NCBI GenBank assembly: GCA_038087875.1
Contig: CM075999.1
Coordinates: forward strand, 3,102,001 to 3,166,000
Length of the DNA stretch: 64,000 nucleotides
Origin: Malacoraja senta
Taxonomy: Eukaryota
Direction of reading: 5' to 3'
Of this stretch, positions 38,305 to 50,490 are shown piece after piece. Within the stretch, counting starts at the first letter, position 1; every line of letters begins with the position of its first letter. Both the position numbers and the translations under genes were made by a program. The notes below the pieces were generated by a model. The model did no database searches and was not told where the DNA came from. It saw only the letters and a list, made by a program, of their open reading frames with translations.

Positions 38305-40051
38305 CTGAGGAGGCAGCACAGAGAAAGGGAATTAAATCGCAAGGGCCGCCACAAACCGGTGAGCGACAGAATGGAACAAGGTCACGGCCGATACTCCAAC
38401 ATTCTATCGTCTCATCCCCTTCCTTCCCCTCGTCTTTTTGTCAAACTGAAGAAGGGTCTCGACCCGAAAAGTCACCCGTTCCTTCTCTCCAGAGATGCTG
38501 CCCGTCCCGCTGAGTTACTCCAGCATTTTGTGTCTATCTTCGGTTTAAACCAGCATCTGCAGTTCTTTCCTACACCCTCGTCTTTTTAGTGATACAGCGC
38601 GCAAACAGGCCCTTCGGCCCATCGACTCTGCGCTGACCAGCGATCCCCGCACACAAACACTACCCGACACACACACTAGGGACAACTTTACATTTGATAC
38701 CAAGCCAATCAACCTACAAACCCGCACGTCTTTGGGATGTGGGAGGAAACCGGAGCACCCGGAGAAAACCCACGCGGTCACAGGGGGACCGTCACCCATT
38801 CCTTCTCAACCAGCATCTGCAGTTCCTTCCTACATCATCCCAGCCACCCTGATCCTTTCAGTTCAGTTCAGTTTATTGTCACGTGTACCGAGGTACATTG
38901 AAAAGCTTTTTGTTGCCTGCTAACCAGTCAGCGGAAAGACAATACATGATTACAATCGATCCATTTGCAGTGTATGGATGCATGATGAGGGAATAACGTT
39001 TAGTGCATTGTCAAGCCAGCAATCACACCTCCCCTCTGCACAATTCTAAAAAAAGAAAGCTAATGACATGTTGGCCTTCATTGCGAGAGGATTTGAGTGT
39101 AGGAGCAAGGAGGTCCTACTGCAGTTGTACAGGGCCCCGGCAAGCCCCACCTGGAGTATTGTGTGCAGTTTTGGTTTCCTAATTTGAGGAAGGACATTCT
39201 TGCTATTGAGGGAGTGTAGTGTAGGTTCACCAGGTTAATTCACGGGATGGCAGGACTGACATATGATGAATGAATGGGTCGACTGGGCTTATATTCACTG
39301 GAATTTAGAAGGATGAGAGGGTATCTTATAGGAAACATATTATATTCTTAAGGGATTGGACAGGCTAGATGCAGGGAAATTGTTCCCCATGTTGGGGGAG
39401 TCCAGAACCAGGGGTCACAGTTTAAGAATAAGGGGTAGGCCATTTAGGACAGAGATGAGGAAAATCTTTTCACCCAGAGAGTTGTGAATCTGTGGAATTC
39501 TCTGCCACACAAGGCAGTGGAGGCCAATTCAATGGATGTTTTCAAGAGAGAGTTAGATTTAGCTCTTGGGGCTAAAGGAATCAAGGGATATGGGGAGAAA
39601 GCAGGAACGGGGTACTGATTCTGGATGATCAGCCATGATCATATTGAATGGCGGTGCTGGCTCGAAGGATCAAGTGGCCTACTCCTGCAACTATTTTCTA
39701 TCTTTCTATTGTTTAAGAAAGAACTGCAGATGCTGGAAAAATCAAAGGTAGACAAAAATGCCGGAGAAACTCAGCGGGTGAGGCAGGATCTATGGAGCGA
39801 AGGAACAGGTGACGTTTCGGGTCGAGACCTTTCTTCAGACTGATGTGGGGGTGGGGGGGGCGGGAAGAAGCTTCCCGTCCCCCCCTCACCCCCACCCGCA
39901 CATCAGTCTGACCAGAAACGTCACCTATTCCTTCGCTCCGTAGATGCTGCCTCACCCGCTGAGTTCCTCCAGCATTTTTGTCCACCTTCTATCTTTCTAT
40001 GTTTCTCATCATCAACAGAGGGCTGAAGGACGTGAGGAGTTGCTCGCTCAC

Positions 40052-40252
40052 CTGATATCACCTCCCCGCCATGCCCCTGCTTGAGGAAGGAGAAGACCAC
40101 CTTCTGATTGTAGGCGCAGTCGATGCAGGCTTGTGCGGCCTGCTGGAGGACCACCGATGCCCGGGCCGGCCCAAAGTGGTCGGGCAGCTGCTGGACCTTC
40201 TTCCTGTCCAGGTGCGGGCCGGCGTTGCCATTCTTGTTCAAGTAGACGCACA
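40052..40252 (-). CDS. SCMH1: SCMH1 exon (copy B), first half of SLED/DUF3588, (V)CVYLNKNGNAGPHLDRKKVQQLPDHFGPARASVVLQQAAQACIDCAYNQKVVFSFLKQGHGGEVIS
   Basis: cag acceptor, gtgag donor, 201 nt, phase 1-1; strong SLED motif. Confidence 0.95.
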
Positions 40253-41513
40253 CTGCGCGAGGACACAAGAGCAGAGAACGGCCGTCACCCTCCCCAGCAA
40301 CATTCACAAGGTCATAGGTGCAGAGACAGGCCACTCGGCCCATCTACTCAACAACCCGGCGTCCACTGCAAGGGCCAGGAAGCGAGCGGGGCAGATCATC
40401 TCTGACCCTCTCACCCTGGCCACAAACTCTTTGAATCACTTCCCTCCGGAAGGCGACTCCGGACTGTCAAAGCTGCCACAGCCGGACATAAAAAATAGTT
40501 TTTATCCACGAGTAGTTGCTCTACTCAACAGCCAAAAATCTGTAGCCTCCCTTTGATCTGGTATTTTGTTGGTTCACATGCTTGATCAATGGTGTTTTAT
40601 CATGAATGTTTTTATTATTATTAATGTTTAGTGTTTTCTGAGTCATTCCTAACTGTCACTGTATGTCATGTTGTTACTTGTGGGCGGAGCACCAAGGCAA
40701 ATTCCTTGTATGTGAATACTTGGCCAATAAACTTACTTACTTACTTACATTCCATCTATCTCTCCCCTCCTAACCCCATTAACTAAATTCCTGGGGTGGG
40801 AGATTGCACCCTTCACGTGGACCGCCCTGTTTCGACGAATGCAATCAAACCTGGCGTGCACAATCAAATAAGATCAAATAGAACAAGTTGTCCTCCAAAC
40901 TTCAGGCTGTGCAACGCCATACGCAAGAAGAAGAACTAAATTCCTCCTAGTCCTCCTTGCTAAAGGAACGGCCTTTAATTCTGAGGCTGTGGCGTCTGGC
41001 CCTAGACTCTCCCACTAGTGGAAACATCCTCTCCACATCCACTCTATCCAGGCCTTTTCACTGTTCGGTAAGTTTCAATGAGGCCCCTGCTGAGACTGTC
41101 TTGTTTCTCCCCAGCACGGAGGCTGCCCGACCCAACGAGCATCGCGGGCTCACTGACCAGTTCAACTCTCCTGCTGATCACATTTCATCTTTGGATGATC
41201 GGCCATGGTCATATTGAATGGTTTGAAGGGCCGAATGGCCTACTCCTGCACCTATTTTCTATGCATGCCTCGTTGTCACCTTCCCCGAGCTAACAATGAT
41301 CTATTCTACAATTTCCTTGATCTCCGTCCCCTTTTTCACACCTTACCCTTCTTATCTCTGTGTCTCCCTCTCCCCCTGACTCTCGGTCTGAAGAAGGGTC
41401 TCGACCCGAAACGTCACCCATTCCTTCTCTCCAGAGATGCTGCCTGTCCCGCTGAGTTACTCCACCATTTTGTGCCTATCTCGCCGCAGTTGTTTGCTAC
41501 AGGTTGAGCTCAC

Positions 41514-41643
41514 CTGTGGGGGATTGCATGATGGTGGTGCTAGGGATGGTGGCTGCATCGTGAGGAACCGTGCTGGTGTCCGGCTCCCGGGGTGCTGATG
41601 GTGGGCGACGTCGGCACTGGGCTCTGGATGGCTCGTGGTTTCG
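41514..41643 (-). CDS. SCMH1: SCMH1 exon (copy B), RKPR..STPEPDTSTVP..PT linker, with compensating -1/+1 indels relative to copy A
   Basis: tag acceptor, gtgag donor, 130 nt. gtggtttcg vs copy A gtggtttccg and ggctcccgg vs copy A ggctccgg shift about 19 codons but keep the net frame. Confidence 0.88.
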
Positions 41644-42447
41644 CTACAAGAACAAAGCACCAGACAGAACGGCCAGTGAGCGGTGAAGCAAGCGAGAGAC
41701 AGCGGGGCGTCTAACCTGGCTACGGATGTGGACTCTTCTACATCGCCGAGACCAAACGTAACCGTGCGATCGTTTCGCTCAGTCCGCCTCGACCTACCTG
41801 ATCTCCTGGTTGCCAACACTTCAAACTCCCCCTCCCATTCCCACACTAACCTTTCTGTCCTGGGCCTCCTCCATTGTCAGTGTGAGGCCCAGCGCAAATT
41901 GGAGGAACAGCACCTCATATTTCGCTTGGGTAGCTTACACCCCAGCGGTATGAATATGGACTTCTCTAACTACAAATAGCCCTTCCTTCCCCTCTCTCTC
42001 CGTCCCCCCCCCCCCCCCCCCCCGCCACCACTAAAGTCGCACCAGCTTCAAGGTCATCTTGTTGAATCTCGTTGTCTGTAACTGGTTTTCACCTAGCCCA
42101 CAACCTAACAATGCAGTTTCCTTGTCTCCGTCATCATCGTTACTGTTTTTGCATATCTTTCATTCATCTGTTTCTGTATTTCTCCATATCACCGCCAATA
42201 TCTCTCGTTTCCCTCTCCCACGACCATCAGTCCGGTGAAGGGTTCCCATGACCCGAAACGATCACCCAGTTCCTTCTCCCCCAGAGATGCTGCTTTCCCT
42301 GCCGTGAGTTACTACCAGCAGTTCGTGTCTGGTCACGAACTGCTGGAGTAACTCAGCGGGAAAGGCAGCATCTCTGGGGAGAAGGAATGGGTGACGTTTC
42401 GGGTGGAGACCCTCCTTCAGACCCCGACTCTCCTCCTCCTCACCCAC

Positions 42448-42701
42448 CTTGCTGCCAGGTTTCGGACCTCTCTTCTTTGGGAGTTTCAGCGGCTCCAGGA
42501 GTTTGGCGGCGGCCGGAGGGGCGGGGCTGCTTTGCGTCTCCGCCTTGCCGTCGCCCGTCTGTCCCGTCCGGCTGCGCTTGCGGCCGGGCTTGCGGCCACG
42601 GTGGCCGCCCAGCTGCTCCGCCACGCCCTTCACCAGCACCTGCATGCTCTGCTTCTCCGATTCCTCCTCCGCCGACGCCGGCAGGCTCTTGGGAATGACG
42701 G
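42448..42701 (-). CDS. SCMH1: SCMH1 exon (copy B), RBR region, (A)VIPKSLPASAEEESEKQSMQVLVKGVAEQLGGHRGRKPGRKR...EPLKLPKKRGPKPGSK
   Basis: tag acceptor, gtggg donor, 254 nt, phase 1 to 0; carries the GRKPG and KKRGPKPGSK Scm-family RBR motifs. Confidence 0.93.
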
Positions 42702-44039
42702 CTAGGGACAGACAATAAACCGGGAGACACGTTAAGGGTCAACTTCCACGCCGAAACCCCGCACCCCTCCAGACGATTCTGTACCCCATTGCCGACACTG
42801 GACGCTGTCTCAGCCACAAGCCATGGACCACGGCCACTACAGGCAAGCCAAGGACACTAGCCATGAAATATGGCCACTAGCCACAAATATATGGCCACTA
42901 GATACACAGCATGGCCACTAGATACACACCATGGCCACCAGATACACACATGGCCACTCGATACACACCATGACCACCAGATACACACCATGGCCACTAC
43001 AGGCAAGCCAAGGCCACTAGCCATGAAATATGGCCACTAGACACGGCCACCAGACATGGGCCATGGCCACTAGCCTTGAAGAGGCAATTTACAGAAGCCA
43101 ATTAACATACAAACCTGCACGTCTTTGGGGCGTGGGATAAAACCGGAGCACCCGGAGAAAACCCACGCGGGGAGAACGTGCAAACTCCACACAGGCAAGC
43201 TTAAAAGTGCGCACCACCAGACTCAGGAACAGCTTCTTCCCCTCTGTTATCAGGCTTCTGAACATAAGCCAGGGTACTGTCCGATTCACCTCTACCCCAT
43301 TGCGGACATTGGACTTTGTCTGTGGAACTGATGCGCTACAATGCTGAGAACTACATTCTGCACTCTGTATCTTCCCCTTTGCTCCACCTACTGGACTGGA
43401 GTTTGGCACGATTGTATTTCTGTATAGTATTATCTGATCTCATTGGATAGCGTGCAGAACAAAGCTTTGCACTGTACCTCGGTACACGTGACAATATTAA
43501 CCTTAAATCTAGTGGGTCGCCATTAAGAATAATCCATCCTCGGTTGAAGAGGGCTCCAGGTTTCTGGTGATCATTTCTATATACAGGTCCACCACTGATT
43601 TTCTGGCACCCTTGGTTCCAGAGCCTTGGAACAACGCAACCGGCTGGTGGTGAAATGTAGCTACATGGGCGGCACGGTGGCACAGCGATAGTCGGCGAGC
43701 AAGTGTCCTTGTGAGGAAGTCTTATAGAGAGAAGGACATTATATATTTTAATGTTCCATTATTCTGTGTTGGCACTTCTGGGTGAGATGCTAACTGCATT
43801 TCGTTGTCTCTGTATCTGTACACTGCACAATGACAATAACGTTTTGAATCTGACAGCGTTTATACTATCACTATAGTTTAGCGGGCGGCACGATGGTGTG
43901 TTTAATATCCCGTGGTGCTACTGCAAGTAATAACGTCATTGTTCTATCTGGGCCATATGACAATAAAACACTCTTGTCTCTCTTGACCGTGTGGGTTTTC
44001 TCCTGGTGCTCCGGTTTCCTCCCACACACCAAAGATGTT

Positions 44040-44545
44040 AATTGGCTTTGGTAAAAATTATTTAAAAAATAATTAAAATGTGGATTGTGGAAATGTCGCA
44101 GACCCTACATCTAGAAAGAATTAGACTCGTCTTAATGGACAAGCAAGAACTTCTTGTTAAAATATGGGCTCCATTCATTGCCTATTTGAAGGGATAGAGT
44201 GGCCCAGCGCGAAAGCTCGACTGAAACTTGAACTCAGGATTAGATGTAATTATATTTCATAACCTACGAACTTATCTCCTATGACGTATTATAAGTTATT
44301 CATTCCACCTATTTTTCTTTTTTGATATTGTAATTCTTCTTTCTCTCTCTTCTTTCTTCTTTCTCTCTATTTTTCTTTTTCTATCTATATACAAAAAAAA
44401 CCACTAGAAGCAGAATTAACTGACAATTGACAAATTTAATAATATATGAGTGATTGATGTATATGAAAAGTTTTTTTCTTCTCCTATTATAATATGTTAC
44501 TCTACATTATAATATGTTTGCTTCTAATAAAAATTTGTATCACAA
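44040..44545 (+). mobile_element. L1-clade LINE 3' end (copy A version is cut by the gap at 21715)
   Basis: KMWIVEMSQTLHLERIRLVLMDKQELLVKIWAPFIAYL resembles fish-type L1 ORF2 C-termini; T-rich UTR; aataaa. Confidence 0.6.
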
Positions 44546-44789
44546 AAAATTATTTTAAAAATAGTATAGTTTCGAGATATCGTGTGGAAACAAAGGTAGA
44601 CAAAAATGAAACCAGGGACAGTCAGGCTGGTCGGAGAAAAAAAAAAATTGAAGATAAGGACACAAAACGCTGGAGCCACTCAGCGGGACAGGCAGCATCT
44701 CTGGAGAGAAGGAATGGGTGACTAAAAATGAAGTCCATTTATTTAGCTGGATGTCACCATTTGCCTTTAATGCGCTGAATACTTCCTTG

Positions 44790-45127
44790 GTAGACAAAAG
44801 TGCTGGAGAAACTCAGCGGGTGCAGCTATGGAGCGAGGGAAATAGGCAACGTTTCGGGCCGAAACCCTTGGGTTTCGGCCCGAAACGTTGCCTATTTCCT
44901 TAAGGGCTTTCGGCCCGAAAGGTTTCCTATTTCCTTAAGGGTTTCGGCCCGAAAGGTTTCCTATTTCCTTAAGGGTTTCGGCCCGAAAGGTTTCCTATTT
45001 CCTTAAGGGTTTCGGCCCGAAACGTTGCCTATTTCCTTCGCTCCATAGATGCTGCTGCACCCGCTGAGTTTCTCCAGCATTTTTGTCTACCTTCGATTTT
45101 CCAGCATCTGCAGTTCCTTCTTAAACA
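44790..45127. mobile_element. Hairpin Penelope-derived element with an internal 34-bp tandem array
   Basis: Inverted arms; about 5 copies of aagggtttcggcccgaaa(g/c)gtt(t/g)cctatttcctt. Confidence 0.8.
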
Positions 45128-47232
45128 ATAGTGTGGAAACAAACCCTTCGGCCCACCGAGTCCGTGCTGACCAGCGATCCCCGCACACTAACACCATCCT
45201 ACACACACACACGAGGGGGGAAATTTACAATTTTTTTACCAGAAACCGGAGCACCCGGAGAAAATCCCACGCAGGTCACGGGGAGAACGTACAAACTCCG
45301 TGCAGGCAGCACCCGTAGTCGGGATCGAACCCGGGTCTCTGACGCTGTGCGGCAGCAGCTCTACCGCTGCGTCACACCAGTTTTGATGAATAATGTTATG
45401 ATTATCAGTCGGGTTAATAAGTAGGGACGGCACGGTGGCGCAGCGGTAGAGTTGCTGCCTCACAAGCCCCGGAGACCCGGGTTCGATCCCGACTACAGGT
45501 GCTGTCACATTCACGTCAATCACTTCTTTAAAGGAAAGATCCCTGGCGTCACAGTGGGAAAACCACAACGGTTTTGTCGTCCATGCGTTTGTGGTGCGTT
45601 TAGCACCGTTATCTTCAAGGAGGCAGACACAAAAAGCTGGAGTAACTCAGCGTGACAGGCAGCATCTCTGAGAAAAGGAATGGGTGACATTTCGGGTCGA
45701 GACCCTTCTTCGGTCTGAGCTCACAGCTGTGAGGCGCTGTAGGAAAGAACCGAAGATAGACACAAAAAGCTGGAGTAACAGACTGAAAAAGCCCTGTTGA
45801 AGGGTCTTGACCCGAAACGTCACCCATTCCTTCTCTCCAGAGATGCTGCCTGTCCCGCTGAGTTACTCCAGCATTTGAGTCTATCTTCAGTTTAAACCAA
45901 CACCTGCAGTTCCTTCCTACACATCTAATCTTTACAATTCCAGCCCTTTTACCATTTCTCATGAAACAACTTTGTTTTGTGTATGTTTTGGCAGTTAGCA
46001 GACAGCCGGCTTGTTCGAGTCATGGTGTATACACTCAGAAGTATCTCAGGAATGAGCCAAAGGCATTTTCCAATCCTCCCCATGTGTATAAACAGCCTCT
46101 ACAGTGTCTCCATGTGCACCAAGGTGATTTCAAGGCTGTCGCTGGACTAATGCATTCAATATTCCTGTCTCCAAACACTGACCGCGTATTGCAAACTGTG
46201 AATTTTCCCGGTGAGTGTCCGGTCCTCCCACAAAACTCCACTCACACTCGCCTCAAACATTCCTTCTGTCATAGAGTCTGCGGCACGGTGGCGCAGCGGG
46301 TAGAGCTGCTGCCTCACAGCGCCGGAGACCCGGGTTCCATCCTGACTACGGGTGCTGTCTGTACGGAGTTTGTACCTTCTCCCCGTGACCTGCGTGGGTT
46401 TTCTCCGGGTGCTCCGGTTTCCTCCCACACTCCAAAGACGTACAGGTTTGTAGTTAATTTGTAGGCTTTTGTAAATTGTCCCTAGTTTAATTTAGTTTAG
46501 TTTAATTTAGAGATACAGTGCAGAAACAGGCCCTTCGGCCCACCGAGTCCGTGCCGACCAGCGATCCCTGCATACTAACACTATCCTGCACACACTAGGG
46601 ACAATGTACAATTTTTGCCAAGCCAATTAGCCTACAAACATGTACGTCTTTGGAGTGTGGGAGGAAAACCGGAGAAAGCTCATGCGGTCATGGGGAGAAC
46701 ATGCAAACTCCATGCAGACCGTGGTCGGGATGGAACCCGGGTCTCTGGCGCTGTGAGGGCAGCAACTCTACTGCTGCGCCACCGTGCTGGCCTGTGTATC
46801 CTCCAGCACGTGGAGTTTCTCAGTAACTTGTATGTCACATGAAATCAAGTTACAGAGTCAAGCAGCATAGAAACAGGCCATTCAGCCCAACTGGCCCATG
46901 CTGACCAAGATAACAAACCATATCATATGCTGCACTAGAGCGGGTAAAGATCAATTGACGTAAAAGTCCCTAACTACCCTGGAACAGTTCCACATTAATA
47001 TGAGAAAATATTTGTAGGTGATTAATTTGCAATTATAATTTGTTTGCCTCCAGGTATATGAATATTTGTGCCATAATATCCTCATAATCTTCAGGTATGC
47101 TCCATTTAAATGCAGGAAAACAGCTTGAGGTGAACACCAATGGTTACCTCACCTTGCATAAATAACAGCAAGGAACTGTCTCCCATTATTGATACTCTTA
47201 GTTGAGAGATACAGCATGGAAACAGGCCCTTT

Positions 47233-47234
<2 letters not shown>

Positions 47235-47321
<87 letters not shown>
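47235..47321 (+). repeat. 87-nt poly(C) inside a SINE tail
   Basis: Replaces ccc of the ggcccaccgagtcc motif. Confidence 0.95.
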
Positions 47322-47545
47322 ATCGAGTCCGAGCCGATCCCCCGTACACCGGTTCTATCCTACACACTCGGCACGGTGGCGCAGCGGGTAAAGTTGCTGC
47401 CTCACAGCGCCAGAGTCCCGGGTTCCATCCCGACTACGGGTGCTGTCTGTACGGAGTTTGTACGTTCTCCCGTGACCTGCGTGGGTTTTCGCCCAGATCT
47501 TCGGTTTCCTCCCACATTCCAAAGACGTACAGGCTTGCAGGTTAA

Positions 47546-48127
47546 TAAGCAAGTTCGGTATTCTGAAAAACGCAAGGAATCATGGGAGTTGTCAAACATT
47601 CCCGGCGAGTGCGCTGCTGCATGAATACAGACCTGCGTTTCATCCGTAGTCAGGATCGAACCCGGGTCTCCAGCTCTGCAAGCGCTGTTGAGTAGCTGCT
47701 GAAGTGGCGGGCCCAGCATTACAGGCAGCGCGGAGAAGTAGCGCTAACTCCACTGCTCCGGGCCGGTGTCCCGTCAGTCCAGAGATGTCGGTTAACCCGG
47801 CGGGACATGCAGGGCTGAGCTGGAGTTTGCGCTTCTTCTCCGTGCTGGCTGTGAGCCTGGGTCCGCCACTGCTCCGGGCCGGTGTTCCGTCAGTCCATGG
47901 TCACCCCGGACATCTCCAGCCGCCCCCGGACAGGGATGGAACACTCGGGAGGGGACGGGGACGGTCCAGTAGCAATTCAACAGCGCTTGCAGCGCCAGAG
48001 ACCCGGGTTCGATCCTGACTACGGATGAACGCAAGTCTGTACACTCGCAGCAGCTGAGCTGCCGAGAATGTTTATCGGGAGTGACCTATGACCTGGGCAT
48101 GCGCAGTCGCAATACCGAACTCACTTA
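47546..48127. mobile_element. Unclassified foldback/MITE element with long imperfect inverted arms, nested in a SINE
   Basis: taagcaagttcggtatt ... aataccgaactcactta termini; removing it restores the SINE sequence gttaattggctt. Confidence 0.75.
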
Positions 48128-48809
48128 TTGGCTTGGCATCAATATAAATTGTTCCTAGTGTGTGTAGGATAGTGTTAATGTGCGGGGATCGCTGGTCGGT
48201 ATGGACTCGGTGGGCCGAATGGCCTGTTTCAGCTCTGTATCTCTAAACTAAGGGTTTGCAATGAACAGAACAAAGCCAACAAAGTTGAAAGGTTAAGTCG
48301 AGAGAGAAGTTAGTCAAGTGCGTTTTATTGTCAAATGCCCTGCAATGGAACTATTCTTACTTGCCACAGCGCAGCAGATATGTAAACACAGTACTCAGTA
48401 AAAGACACAATAAAGAGCAGAAACATGTTCAGTATATATATATATATATATATAAAGGAAGACAACAGACAAATAAATGGCAATAGTCGAGCAAAGTCAA
48501 AATAAAATGGCCCCAAGTCTCTTTAGATTGGGGCCTATTTAGAGACTGGCGGTTACATCCCAGTTCTAATGTTAACACAGAATCTGTGCAGACTCACACT
48601 GACAGGTCTTGGGATAAAACAGGTGCTTTCAAAACAAAGAATCTGCATTACGTTTAAACAGATGAGGTGGCGCAGCGGTAGAGTTGCTGCCTCACAGCGC
48701 CAGAGACCCGGGTTCGATCCTGACTACGGGTGCTGTCTGTACAGAGTTTGTACCTTCTCCCCGTGACCGCGCGAGTTTTCCGGTTGTCCGGTGCTCCGGT
48801 TTCCTAGTA

Positions 48810-48959
48810 TACACTCAGATACAGGCACACACACACACACACACACTCACACACACACACACTCACACACTCACACTCACACTCACACACACACACTCAC
48901 ACACACACACACACACACTCACACACACACACACACACTCACACACACACACACACACA

Positions 48960-48996
<37 letters not shown>

Positions 48997-49008
48997 TCTC
49001 AGATACAG

Positions 49009-49052
<44 letters not shown>

Positions 49053-49118
49053 ACACACACAGATACAGGCACGCACACACACACACACACAGATACAGGC
49101 ACGCACACACACACACGG

Positions 49119-49158
<40 letters not shown>

Positions 49159-49170
49159 TCTCAGATACAG

Positions 49171-49211
<41 letters not shown>

Positions 49212-49260
49212 TACAGGCACGCACACACACACATTCAGATACAGGCACACACAGATACAG

Positions 49261-49320
<60 letters not shown>

Positions 49321-49332
49321 TCTCAGATACAG

Positions 49333-49381
<49 letters not shown>

Positions 49382-49446
49382 TACAGGCACGCACACACAC
49401 ACACACACAGATACAGGCACGCACACACACACACACACACACACGG

Positions 49447-49488
<42 letters not shown>

Positions 49489-49500
49489 TCTCAGATACAG

Positions 49501-49544
<44 letters not shown>

Positions 49545-49610
49545 ACACACACAGATACAGGCACGCACACACACACACACACAGATACAGGCACGCACAC
49601 ACACACACGG

Positions 49611-49650
<40 letters not shown>

Positions 49651-49662
49651 TCTCAGATACAG

Positions 49663-49701
<39 letters not shown>

Positions 49702-49750
49702 TACAGGCACGCACACACACACATTCAGATACAGGCACACACAGATACAG

Positions 49751-49800
<50 letters not shown>

Positions 49801-49812
49801 TCTCAGATACAG

Positions 49813-49855
<43 letters not shown>

Positions 49856-49910
49856 TACAGGCACGCACACACACACACACACAGATACAGGCACACACAG
49901 ATACACACGG

Positions 49911-49990
<80 letters not shown>

Positions 49991-50028
49991 TCTCAGATAC
50001 AGGCACGCACACACACACACACACACGG

Positions 50029-50064
<36 letters not shown>

Positions 50065-50076
50065 TCTCAGATACAG

Positions 50077-50137
<61 letters not shown>

Positions 50138-50252
50138 TACAGGCACGCACACACACACATTCAGATACAGGCACACACAGATACAGGCACACACACACAC
50201 ACATTCTCAGATACAGGCACACACACACACACACACACACACACAGATACAG

Positions 50253-50294
<42 letters not shown>

Positions 50295-50306
50295 TCTCAG
50301 ATACAG

Positions 50307-50345
<39 letters not shown>

Positions 50346-50447
50346 TACAGGCACACACACACACACACACACACACTCTCTCAGATACAGGCACACACAC
50401 ACACACACTCAGATAAAGGCACACACACACACACACTCAGATAAAGG

Positions 50448-50478
<31 letters not shown>

Positions 50479-50490
50479 AGTCACACACAC
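48810..50490 (+). repeat. 1.7-kb compound (CA)n microsatellite punctuated by agatacaggc
   Basis: Directly visible; source of the HT/CV-repeat ORFs. Confidence 0.98.

Larger units (their letters stand above)
22671..44152 (+). repeat. Copy B of the ~22 kb direct duplication
   Basis: agagatcagc at 22671 equals position 1; gcaagaactt ending at 44152 equals the end of copy A at 21715; continues without a break into single-copy sequence. Confidence 0.97.

Noticed and set aside
26800..42701. SCML4 or SCML2 identity, given that no MBT exons are visible
   Set aside because: The SAM tail, the STPEPDTSTVP linker and the RBR motifs match SCMH1 as I recall it; the MBT exons are presumably beyond the right edge of the window.
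45961..46464. 167-aa ORF or possible MBT exon
   Set aside because: No MBT or other recognisable motif in the frames I read; the ORF runs into a SINE.
47189..47624. Poly-Pro and poly-Gly ORFs
   Set aside because: Produced by the poly(C) tract within SINE sequence.
48684..50444. 586-aa and 541-aa His/Thr-rich ORFs and antisense Cys/Val-rich ORFs
   Set aside because: Translations of a (CA)n microsatellite.
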